This document shows positions 9,094 to 18,758 of a stretch of DNA of 23,373 bases, piece by piece. The notes under the pieces were generated by a model. It made no database searches. It was not told the origin of the DNA and worked only from the letters and a program-made list of their open reading frames with translations. A program made the translations under genes and the position numbers. Source of the DNA: Amoeboradix gromovi X-113 (Eukaryota; Fungi; Sanchytriomycota). Each line of letters opens with the position of its first letter. The stretch's first letter is position 1. The stretch is from assembly GCA_018985225.1 (NCBI GenBank), contig JADGIF010000073.1, positions 1 through 23,373 of the forward strand, in the 5' to 3' direction.

Positions 9094-9545
9094 TTTGTTT
9101 GCAGCTCGATTGTTTTCTTGAATAAATCATTCATCGCGAATTAGTATGCATTTTTGTATAATTTCAAGACTTTTCTGATAGCTTGAATACCTGATTTCTT
9201 CCTTTTCGCAAGTGGTAAATCAATTCTAAAGAAATAACTAGCAGGTACAGCATACATTCGTCTCAGACTGATAAGCTGGTCCAAACACGTAAATTTGATG
9301 CCATGTACAGGTTGTGGTTCTCTGAAGAAATCCAACTTTGAAATCTGAACCTGTACAAAGTGTCATTTGAAGATAGATAGAGATGATATGGCAGCAGGTA
9401 ACATATACATCAAGTATATGTATCCTTATTCAATCCCGCCTCAGAGTAGTGAAAGTGTGAGCAATCACTGTAACGGAGCATCTAGCATTGCTAGTTTCTC
9501 TGTGGAAATTCTCGATTTTCTCTGAAATCAGGAATTTCAACGAGG
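9094..9545 (+). mobile_element. Internally deleted IS607/Fanzor2 element, copy B
   Basis: INSKEITSRYSIHSS (9219-9263), then MPCTGCGSLKKSNFEI*TCTKCHLKIDRDDMAAGNI (9298-9405, one TGA at 9346), matching TnpB CxxC..CxxC..DRDxxAAxNI. Confidence 0.85.
9425..9545 (+). ncRNA. Candidate omegaRNA scaffold (right end of copy B)
   Basis: Hairpins gtga-GCAA-tcac (9457-9468), ctagc-att-gctag (9482-9494) and a long stem 9498-9544 (gaaattc/gaatttc, gattt/aaatc). Similarity to copy A stops at ~9544. Confidence 0.6.
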
Positions 9546-9689
9546 TAATTTAATATATCATCATGCAAATAGATTACTGCCGAGTCCTTATTGTATTGAT
9601 GGTAAGCAAGTGATATTGCACTAACTCTTGGATAACATGAAAAAGTTTTAAGATTAAGAACTACAACTTATTTACGCATAACTATTGAT

Positions 9690-11174
9690 TTATTGCAACC
9701 GTCGATATTTAGATTGGATCTTGTGCTTTTTATGTTTGGTTTCCATTACTCTTCTATGAAACCGCTTTTTGTGATACAATGCCCAAGCTAGAGGTAATAT
9801 GAATACCAAGACGATTAAATACTCGTATACATGTAGAGTCAAATAAACAGAAAGTAATATAAAAATGATATATTTTGGATTCCACAGAAACAGAGCAACA
9901 CTAGTAATCACAATGTTGCTTAACCCAATATATTGAACAATGTAAATCACGTACTGTATGTTGAAATTGCTTGACCCTCCGTAGAGTTTGAAATTCAAAA
10001 CTAAATCCTGATATTTTTTAAAGACATTGTCTACCAATACAAGCATATTTCGTAAGAACTCTTGGAGCTTTTGCATGTTGTTTTTAGTTTCTGACATTAA
10101 CTGCATATTGTACAAATGTTCTTTGGTTAAAATATCTTGCGTTGACCTTGTAGTGTTAAGTAAACTCTGCTGAAATTCATTTGCAATTTTATTTAGGCCT
10201 TGAATAACTACGGAAAGTCTGCTGCTACTAGTGATACTCGATTCCAACTCTTTATTGACAATTGGGATGGCAGCTAATGAAACTGCAAGTTGACAGGATA
10301 TATCGTATAGTTGCTGATACTGTTGTAACTGGCTATCCAGTTGAAATTGCGCTTGCTTTAGACGATCAAGAACAGCTATCGAATTATTTTGAGTTATTCT
10401 GCTGGTTCGAACATGATCTACTTTAAGTTCATCCATCTTGTCACTCACCGCTTGACTCTTCTTAACTGATGCCGAAACAATTTGTTGAAGATCTAGCAGT
10501 TCTTGTCTTGCGGTTATAGCTTGCTTGGACAGAGAAACCATGACATCTTCAACTAAATTCATTATGGATTTGGTATTTGAGAAATGAGGTATTAGATCAG
10601 AGCCTTGTTGATTTAGCTCAGTAAGTAGAGATTTAATGTTACTCGAGTAATCATCGGTCATGTCTTTTAGTTTTTTAAACTCATCTGAGTGCTTTTTCAG
10701 CACGTTATAATTAAATAACTGTAGATAAGTTATATTTCTATAGATATCAGTCAGTTCCTCTTTTTCGATCATATATCTAACTGAATAGCACATCAAAACT
10801 GTTTCTTTAATATATCCCGAGAAGCTAGTCCACCATTGAGGCATCCTGCTAAGCGCATTAACACATTTATCTTGATTTAACTGGATACATTCTAAGGGAG
10901 GATCTAAAGAGGCAGTTTTTAACTCACATAGCGTTAACTCTATAGCAAAGCCTATCTTTTCTTCATATTTTAATTCCACCAAACATTTTTTCGATAATTT
11001 CAAGGCCGCAGATTTAAAACAGTCTTCTCTGCCGCTATACTGATCCAATTTGTTAACACCTAAAGCGATCATTTGCATCTCTTCCTTTGTTGCTGAGTGG
11101 ATCTGCTGATGCCAGTCTTTATCAGATGTCAGCTGCTCACTTGAAAACCATGCAAACAAAACTGTTAAAAACAT
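9690..11174 (-). CDS. KAR5: Nuclear membrane fusion protein KAR5/Tht1/GEX1/Brambleberry family, ~494 aa
   Basis: Cys-rich domain CFKSA..L...C....FAIELTLCEL....PPLEC....CVNALSRMPQWWTSFSGY...C, long coiled coil, C-terminal TM helices, hydrophobic N-terminus from ATG 11174. Confidence 0.85.
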   Translation of the reverse strand: MFLTVLFAWFSSEQLTSDKDWHQQIHSATKEEMQMIALGVNKLDQYSGREDCFKSAALKLSKKCLVELKYEEKIGFAIELTLCELKTASLDPPLECIQLNQDKCVNALSRMPQWWTSFSGYIKETVLMCYSVRYMIEKEELTDIYRNITYLQLFNYNVLKKHSDEFKKLKDMTDDYSSNIKSLLTELNQQGSDLIPHFSNTKSIMNLVEDVMVSLSKQAITARQELLDLQQIVSASVKKSQAVSDKMDELKVDHVRTSRITQNNSIAVLDRLKQAQFQLDSQLQQYQQLYDISCQLAVSLAAIPIVNKELESSITSSSRLSVVIQGLNKIANEFQQSLLNTTRSTQDILTKEHLYNMQLMSETKNNMQKLQEFLRNMLVLVDNVFKKYQDLVLNFKLYGGSSNFNIQYVIYIVQYIGLSNIVITSVALFLWNPKYIIFILLSVYLTLHVYEYLIVLVFILPLAWALYHKKRFHRRVMETKHKKHKIQSKYRRLQ

Positions 11175-11255
11175 AATATGAACGCAAAGATTTATTTTTT
11201 GCGACGACCTTATTTTTATTGGTGACATTTAAACAAAATATAAATGCTATTTCGG

Positions 11256-11705
11256 TTACTGGCTTTCCAAATCACTCAACCTTTTAAAATATATGGATGA
11301 GCGCCTATTTCTAAATTGCCTAAAAAGAATTCCATAGTTATCTCTCAAATAAATAATAATCCAGATTGCCACCCAACAAGCAGTACTAACAAAAACTTTA
11401 GCTATTTCTAAATTGACACCGTTCAAATTAAAGTAATTGAATTTGCTTAATATGCTGTAAGTACCGCCAAATGAAATGACATAGGACTTGATGTGGTAGC
11501 CGTTTGTTGCTAATATTGCAGCACCTACTAAAACGACCCTATCACTCAGCAGAACCTGGTCAAACAATAACTCAAATGAATGTTGGAATAATATGAAAAA
11601 ACAGAGAAGAATTGTCAAGAAAGATTTCTTTCTTATAGAGACAGCTACCAAGATGAAAACAAAGGCGTAAATGGCACTTTCTCTAATGATATCCGATACG
11701 TCCAT
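11256..11705 (-). CDS. Hypothetical small multi-pass membrane protein, 149 aa
   Basis: Open frame with about 4-5 hydrophobic segments and a basic C-tail; no family recognised. Confidence 0.6.
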   Translation of the reverse strand: MDVSDIIRESAIYAFVFILVAVSIRKKSFLTILLCFFILFQHSFELLFDQVLLSDRVVLVGAAILATNGYHIKSYVISFGGTYSILSKFNYFNLNGVNLEIAKVFVSTACWVAIWIIIYLRDNYGILFRQFRNRRSSIYFKRLSDLESQ

Positions 11706-11907
11706 CAATGGAATGCTGTCTCAGTTTACCCCAACATATCTATTTGGAACTGCCAATCAGTGGATCGAGAATTAATTTATGAAAATCTCTGTCGGCAAGT
11801 TAATTAAAGTTTTTTGGGAACAACATTATTAAGACTTTCAGTCAGTTGCCCTGAGCTACAAAATTGACTAAGCGTGGCTCTTAAGTTTTTCTCAAAATTT
11901 TGCAAAT

Positions 11908-12402
11908 GGGATATCAAATATAAAAACTGGACTAACTTTCTGTAATAACTTTGAACATTATTTCAGCTTTATTAATTTTATGGATTTAAGAGGCGAGTGG
12001 ACATTCAGCTAGCAGACGAGTATAAAAGGAAAATAAATAACTTTTTGTATCGAAATTTCAGAAATAAATATTCTGTACAGCTATTCTCTTACTCTTTCAT
12101 CCAATCTTTATTTCAAATAAAATATCACTATTACACTTCAAAGAAATAGATAAGAGTAATGATGTTAGTATAACATTACAAAATGACTCTAGAAAAGAGT
12201 ACCGTCTAAGAAAATGCACCTTTTGCTTAGATGCTCAAAGACTTCATATATTTGAACGAGATGCAGGGTCTTCTACTTTTATTTTGAAAAGAGGAATGCA
12301 ATCAATGAAAGAGTCTTGGTTTGAAAGAAGAAGATCTTTTAATTTCCTCCGTATGGATCACCTTTAAAAACGAGTTAGTCTAGTTTTTATATTTGGTTTC
12401 CC
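11908..12402 (+). mobile_element. Non-autonomous TIR element, 495 bp, retaining a coding remnant
   Basis: Same TIRs as the 1706 and 7033 copies. Stop-free frame 12068-12367 includes YRLRKCTFC (CxxC at 12215-12226) and FERDAGSSTFIL (12251-12286). Confidence 0.88.
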
Positions 12403-14954
12403 ATGTCTCAAATGACACAGATGGAGAATTTCCAAGGTGTGACTTCAAATGGAAAGAAGTTCAAAATCCCTGCAACTCAAGATATGATTAGTTCCGTATT
12501 TAGACCAAAAGAAGTTAATGCTTTCGATTTAGTTACTTTATCTTTGCTAATTTTGCAAATATCGGGATACTGTATTGGGCTCCCAAAGTGGTGCTACATC
12601 TCTATATTTATATTTTGGAGGCTTTTTTACAATGCAGGTCTTGGCTATATTCTTAAGATGCAGTCTGATCATAAATGGCTTTTTCTCCTAGCTAAAAAGT
12701 ACGAAATTTTTGATTTAGGAAAACCAAACAAAATTCAAAAGTTTTTCAAGACTCAGCTGGTCAAAAAGATGGGCGCTGACTACAAATATGAGGAGTCGCC
12801 GTTAGAGTTAAATGTGTGGTTAATATTTAGAGCGTTAGTCGATATAGTGTTATCAAATGATTTTTGCGCCTTTTTTGTTCTCTCTATATCACATGCAGAT
12901 TACTCGGTTTCCTCTTGGCTTGATGTGCTGAGATTCATTTTTGGGTCCTTACTGCTTGCAGTTAATTTATGGGTCAAGATTGATGCACATCGTGTTGTCG
13001 GTGATTTCGCCTGGTTTTGGGGCGATTTTTTCTTTTTGCTGGATAATCCTTCGCTATGCTTTGATGGCGTCTACGATGTAGCTCCCCACCCTATGTATTC
13101 CATTGGTTACATCGGCATGTATGGTGCTAGTTTGATTTCTAAATCATACACCGTGTTGTACTTGTCTCTAATGGCACACACCCTTCAATTCATCTTCTTG
13201 GCTGCTGTTGAAAATCCTCATATCAATAAAATTTATGGCCCCGAGGATTTTAAGAAACAATTCCTTGCCAGTAACCCTCACTTATATCCAATAATTCGCA
13301 CTTACTTTCAGCAAGATTTAATAATTTTTAAAAATTTTGATATGTATCGTAGCCACGATTTAGCTTTATGTTTTCTCATAGTCTATAGCATTCTAGTTGG
13401 CATGTTGAATCACCAAATTGCCGTAACTCAGTCTATCTTTTGGATAGTTCTTCATACTTACGGCACAGGGGCTGTTTTATATGGACAGAGTGCAGAAAAG
13501 CTGTGGACAAAACATTTCATAAAAAATGGCTTTTCTAATAAAGAAGCGTTTGATAACTGGAAGAAGATGTACAACGCATCACTTTGCCTAATGAATGTTA
13601 GTTTTGTTGTTGTTTCCATAAAGTACTATCAGTTTCCTACAGAGTGGACATACGGCTTTAGCGCATTTCAACACATAGTTGGTGCTCTACTAATTCTGCT
13701 CCAGTACTATGTCTCGATGAGTGTGTATGAAGTATTGGGTGACTTTGGGTGGTTTTGGGGTGATTTCTTCTTAGAAACTGTCCCAAACCAACTTGCTTAC
13801 ACAGGCATCTATAGGTTCATGAATAATCCTGACAGAATACTTGGCCATGCTGGGTTCTGGGGCATTACTGTAATATGCAATCATTGGGTGATATTTGCAA
13901 TCACAATATTTGTATACTTTAGTAACACATTGGTTTTATATTACGTTGAAAAGTAATCAATGATTAATATAGTCCACATATGCATATAATTTATGGTAAA
14001 TACATAAGAAAGGAATCAGGAGTGGAAAAGACTTTAAAAAAGGTTCTACCGCCACTAAGCAAGTTTTTAGAAATGTTTGAAAAAGAGAGACATTTTAACA
14101 GATCGCCATTGTTAGAGATAGTAGATAAAGCGGTTCCAGCCATTCGAGGTATAAGTGCAATAAAAGATGCTATTGGTGACAAAATGAATGATGCACACAT
14201 ACGAAGGGCTAGTAGCTTTGGGTTAATACCACTGGACGAGGACAGCTTGCAGTCCTACAGAATTAGTGTTAACAAATCAAGTTACCTACTGGGTGAAGCT
14301 GTAATTGCTGCTTACTCAATTCCTCATGATCACAGCAAATATGACTGGATTGGAGTGTACAAGTGCAAAGACGAGGAAGAAAAGGATGGAATCAGAGTGT
14401 CCACAGGATCTTCAAAGGGATGTTGGATGTATCTATGGGGCAACAAGAGCTATGACAACGATGGCAAAGATATTAAATTGTCAGATGTTGTTATATTTGA
14501 TGTAGACACAATGCTATTTGAAGTAGGAGAGTATGAGTTAAGAATTCATTATGATAATTCCCACAGAGTGCTATGTAAATCTCTACCTTTTAAAGTGGAA
14601 TGTAATAAAATTGATTTAACTATCAAATTAGAATCTTTGGACTATGATGTAGTGACCAAACAAGTGGCCGAGGAGTTGCTGTTGCATTCTCGGAATATAC
14701 TATTAAAACCTGAGCTGAAAGTTACAGATGATTTGATTTTAGTTGGAGATCTTCAAGAAAAACAAGCAAAACAGATATGCATTTTAATTTCAAAGATCTA
14801 CGGAGTAGATATTGCATGCAGGGCCATCGGGGAGGTATTGGATACAGTAGAAACAGTTGCAGAGAAAATATGTGAATATGTTGTAGAGGTAGGATTAAAA
14901 TCATTTGTAGTACGCGCTAGATCGAGATCACCTGGAAGGCAGCTAAATAAATAG
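12403..14954 (+). CDS. CHO2: Phosphatidylethanolamine N-methyltransferase, join(12403..13952,13973..14954), ~843 aa
   Basis: Two PEMT repeats (DAHRVVGDFAWFWGDFFF, HPMYSIGY, GDFGWFWGDFF, YTGIYRFMNNP). Splicing yields VENPHMHIIYG, matching VENPHINKIYG of repeat 1. Confidence 0.95.
13953..13972 (+). other. 20-nt spliceosomal intron
   Basis: gtaatcaatgattaatatag; removal deletes the TAA and joins the two CHO2 ORFs in frame. Confidence 0.88.
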
Positions 14955-14959
14955 GTTTA

Positions 14960-15595
14960 TTAATTCTCCAATTTCTTTTCAAGGTTTTCGAATGCCGACC
15001 TAGTACTCTCTTCAGCCTGATCCAAAACCTGTTCAACGGCATTGATTTCGGGTACATAATGCTTCATCATAGACTCAATACCAGATTTTAAAGTTAGAAC
15101 TGATGATGAGCAGGTCTTGCAAGCACCTTGTAATTGGACCTTAACAATTCCATTCTCATAAGAAACATAATTAATATCACCACCGTCTTGTTGTATGTAG
15201 GGTCTTATCCGATCAGCAATCAGAGTTTTAATCATCTTAACAGTTTCACTATCACTCTCTAGTATCTCAGTATCCTTGTTCAGCTCTGAAATGTCATTGT
15301 AAAGTGCTTGTTTTGAATTAAAAAATTCCGTCAAAATCCCAAATATCTGAGGTTTTAAAGTGGACCATTCAGATCCTGGATCTTTTGTTAAGCTAACAAA
15401 ATCAGGACCAAAGTATACACCTTCAATACCTTGTATTTTATATAAATACTGAGCCAATGGAGATACTTGTTGATTAGACCTCGTAACATCTTGAGCATGT
15501 GAAGTAACAGTCTTACCGGGTCTAAACTTTAAAGCATTCGAGTTTGGGGTGTTCTCAACTTGAATAAAGAGACGACGAATAAAACTTTTCAACAT
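14960..15595 (-). CDS. NFU1: Mitochondrial Fe-S cluster scaffold NFU1, 211 aa
   Basis: LFIQVENTPNSNALKF, IRPYIQQDGGDI, LQGACKTCSSS (CxxC); short basic presequence from ATG 15595. Confidence 0.95.
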   Translation of the reverse strand: MLKSFIRRLFIQVENTPNSNALKFRPGKTVTSHAQDVTRSNQQVSPLAQYLYKIQGIEGVYFGPDFVSLTKDPGSEWSTLKPQIFGILTEFFNSKQALYNDISELNKDTEILESDSETVKMIKTLIADRIRPYIQQDGGDINYVSYENGIVKVQLQGACKTCSSSVLTLKSGIESMMKHYVPEINAVEQVLDQAEESTRSAFENLEKKLEN

Positions 15596-15621
15596 CCCAC
15601 TCAGTAACAAGGAGTATTGTG
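15596..15621. promoter_or_regulatory. 26-bp divergent intergenic region containing CAAGGAG
   Basis: Lies between the NFU1 (-) and dynamitin (+) ATGs. The CTCCTTG motif recurs near other starts (5131, 6034, 18765). Confidence 0.5.
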
Positions 15622-16344
15622 ATGAAATTTGAGAATTTACCAGGATTTGATGCAACCACTCAAAATGTGTATGAGCACATAGTAAAGAGATCGGAGGCAA
15701 TGGATACTAGCGAGTCATTGAACTTTTCGAATCAAACCGTAATCGACCACTTGAACACTACAATGCCAAGCGCAGAATACAAGAAAAAGAATCTACTAAA
15801 TCAAGTCAAAGAATTATCAAAATTGAAAGATACAGATGTAAGTACCATATTAGCAAAAAATCAGCATCAAAAATTAGAAGAAATGGTGGAAGAAATTCAG
15901 AAAATCCAGTTGCAACCAACTACTAAGAATGCTTATTTGGCATTTGAAGATAAATTAAAAGCTTTGGAACTCAAAGTTGGAATAGAATACATAGATGTGT
16001 TACCCAAACTGCATGCTATTGAGCAAGCTGCTAAGTTTGTTCAGAAGAATGAAAAGTTGTTGGCCAATCCGCAAATGGTAGACTTGGCCAGAGCACAATC
16101 GCTTTCTCAAGTATACCAAAAATATGCGCCATTAAAAGACTCGCTTCCTAAATTAGTAGATAGGCTCAATATAATTAAAGAAGGACAGCTATTAACTAAT
16201 ATTAATAATCAAATAGTTGTGCAACAAACCGTAAATGAGCTAAAGTTGAACCTTTCCAGTTTGAAAGAATCCACGAAGAATTTGGAAAAATCGATAAGCG
16301 AAAACCAGCAAATGATAAAGAAACACATGGAAAATGCTTTATGA
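15622..16344 (+). CDS. DCTN2: Dynactin subunit 2 (dynamitin/p50)-like, 240 aa
   Basis: N-terminal KFENLPGFD..QNVYE, coiled coils, LPKLVDRL and C-terminal SISENQQMIKKHM. Confidence 0.75.
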   Translation: MKFENLPGFDATTQNVYEHIVKRSEAMDTSESLNFSNQTVIDHLNTTMPSAEYKKKNLLNQVKELSKLKDTDVSTILAKNQHQKLEEMVEEIQKIQLQPTTKNAYLAFEDKLKALELKVGIEYIDVLPKLHAIEQAAKFVQKNEKLLANPQMVDLARAQSLSQVYQKYAPLKDSLPKLVDRLNIIKEGQLLTNINNQIVVQQTVNELKLNLSSLKESTKNLEKSISENQQMIKKHMENAL

Positions 16345-16621
16345 ACTGACCCAAAGATTTAATAAACAAATTAAACTCGATAAAAGTCACAGTTTCGAAA
16401 ATATCATGAATTTCTACGGACACTGACGGCTGGCCGCACCTTTGCATTTGTGTCTCACTCTGGCATTGTACTTAGAGCCGATTGAGTAGAGAAGGATACA
16501 AGTGTATGTTCCTTGCTCCCGCATTCTGTGCTCGGGCTTGTAGCGATTTCTATGAATCTAGAGTTTTCTGGTCGAGACGATTTGGAACGAGCAGGCAGAT
16601 GTGAAGAAATATTATAACTCT

Positions 16622-17870
16622 TTATTCGTTTAGAAACAGCAAGAAGGACTTGTTTGTGTTGAACAGCTCAGAAATATCCTTTTTAGCCTTGAGAGCATAA
16701 TCAGATTCATCCGCTACTTAGTCGTGGCGATTGCAAAAATCTCCACTCGATACCTTTGGGATATCTGCTGTGAACCGATTCAAGGATCTAACGAAGTATT
16801 TCAAAATGCCTACAAATGGCGAGTCTTTTCCGCCCAATTTAAATTTACACTGAACGAAAAACAGAGTGGTGTCCTTTGAGTGCAATTCACGCTTTATCAA
16901 GATGTCAAATCAAGCTTTCCATTTTTCTGCAATCCGTTTCACTAGTACATATGACCGTTGAGGCAAAGATACAGGTAAAAGAGCGGCTGCACAAGTGCCT
17001 AAACGATTTGGCATGTTTTAGGTATCATGAACACACTGTTGAGTTTGGATATTTCACGCAAGATTTACAGCCAGCAGTGAATCGTGTTTACTACGCCCTG
17101 TATCATCAACCAGGATGGTTCTTGGGTTGTTCTTGACACTCGCCGACGTGGTTTCCAAAAGTTTAGGAACCCCGCGGCAGTGTGTGGCTGCAGCCAATAC
17201 ATTGTCAAAATCAAGTGCGGTGCGCCTGAGCAAGTCCAGACTGGATTCTCTTATCAGGTGCACCATTTAACAAGAGAGGCAAGAGTATGCTCGTGGTCAC
17301 TCTATCTGTCAAGCCAAAACAGGACATGGGCCCGAGGGCTGGCGCCGTTTGCACGCTCATCTATTGAAGACAGTAGGAAAGGCAAAGCTGGCCTAGAATC
17401 TAGGTTTTTATATTCATCGACGAGTAGAACAACACAATCGCTAGGCGACGCCAAACAGGCGCCCCATTCCTCTTCTATTCATTGACTGGGTCTGGGAAGA
17501 GGCAAGAGGGCTATGTTCTCAAACAGTTCGATAGCGAAATGAAGATAGAACTAGTAATACGAACTGGAGCGCTAATTAACGATTGATCTCTTTGGAAGAA
17601 AGGCGTACGCAAAAATCGGTCTTGCTTTCAGTTTCTGGTTGACCAAATCGTTTATTGATGGTTGTCCTGTTTTCCTACAAGCTTTTTTATTGTGGAATCA
17701 AGCCATTTCCGCTTTTTCTCGATTGTGTCAGCAGTAGTATACGAGTTAGTAAATGTTGGCTCGCGTAGCAGTATAGTAGCAGCATAGGTTTCCACTTGCT
17801 CGGGTGTTAGGCTGTATACGTTGACTAGTCCCAACAACTGACTTGCAAGTGCGGTGTTGGTGGCGCTCAT
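16622..17870 (-). pseudogene. Degenerate P-loop NTPase plus PD-(D/E)xK nuclease gene (Crinkler/RHS CR-effector-like)
   Basis: In order: eroded Walker A GQPETESKT (17644-17618), Walker B VVLLVDEY (17433-17410), HCRGVPKLLE GxP motif (17182-17153), A*FDIL...FFVQCK (16915-16844). Several stops and frameshifts. Confidence 0.6.
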
Positions 17871-17964
17871 AGAGTAACAAGGGACTCGTAAAGTAAGAGG
17901 CACTTTAAGAGGACTTGAGATTTCAATCAGGGCAAATGATTCGTTATTAAGTTATGAAGTGAGT

Positions 17965-18168
17965 TTATTGTTCCTTCTTCAAGATATCTATCAACTTGTC
18001 TCTCATTTCTTCTTCGTTAATTCTACCTTTTAATGGTGTCTTATCCAAGTACTCTTTGACCTTTTCGATCGGCATTGCCCGTACTAGTGACTCTACACCT
18101 TGATGCCCCAATCCAGACTGCTGCGTAAATATTGATGATTTCAGGTCTCTAAAGTCTTCTGCGCTCAT
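17965..18168 (-). CDS. Small helical hypothetical protein (67 aa), possibly an effector header domain
   Basis: ATG-initiated, protein-like charged helical composition; begins ATGAGCGC like the adjacent ORF at 17870. Confidence 0.35.
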   Translation of the reverse strand: MSAEDFRDLKSSIFTQQSGLGHQGVESLVRAMPIEKVKEYLDKTPLKGRINEEEMRDKLIDILKKEQ

Positions 18169-18228
18169 CAACCTTGGCTGATGTGTATGCTACTTATGCA
18201 AGACTCTAAAATATAGAAGTGCACATTT

Positions 18229-18758
18229 GGGACGCACACTACAAAACTGGAGAAGCTCAGAGCAGATGCCTGAAAAACCAGTTCTGGCAAAGTAGAGTAT
18301 CCCAGTTTATCATCTGCGTATTATGCGGCAACGCACTGCTACTGATTGCTCTTTCCAGTCATCTCTTTCGCCTTTGTAGGCAGATTAAGTGGTGGCGCCA
18401 GTGCTGCCACATCTAGCGTGGATTGGTCTCCTGCAATAGATACTGCGATGGCCCGTCTGCTACACCAACAACTGCTGTCACCATAGTAAATTACTTTTTT
18501 ATCCAGTTCGCCATGGTGCTGTTCTGCATTCGCAGCCTGTATCCTACCCAACACAGGTCTATACACCAGACCTGCCGTCCTTGAGCTCGCTAGTGCTGCC
18601 GATAATTTTAGCCGCGGTGCAGTAGTCTGGGAAGGCTGGCATCACATACTTTTCTTACCTTTTTTCTGGGGTTTGAACTTCTAATAGCTCAGCATCTCTT
18701 TGTCTTTTTGTCCTCTGCTTTATCCGCCATCTGGTCTTTATTTTACAGAACATGTCCC
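18229..18758 (-). mobile_element. Degenerate GGGAC-TIR element with Fanzor1-like relic motifs
   Basis: Ends gggacgcacactacaaaactgga...catgtccc, flanks attt/aatt. Minus-strand motifs in order: VWCIDLC (18571-18551), VIYYGDSS (18494-18471), ETNPR*MWQHW (18430-18398), INWD (18310-18299). Confidence 0.55.

Noticed and set aside
13954-13956. TAA readthrough or an alternative genetic code explaining the split genes
   Set aside because: The downstream ORFs are in different frames, GT-AG introns explain both splits, and TAA/TAG terminate conserved proteins at the expected places.
15609-15614. AAGGAG as a Shine-Dalgarno sequence (prokaryotic origin)
   Set aside because: The genes are eukaryote-specific with spliceosomal introns, and the motif occurs in both orientations.
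16876-17485. Plus-strand ORFs 16876-17136 and 17084-17485
   Set aside because: No recognisable motifs; antisense to the NTPase/REase pseudogene.
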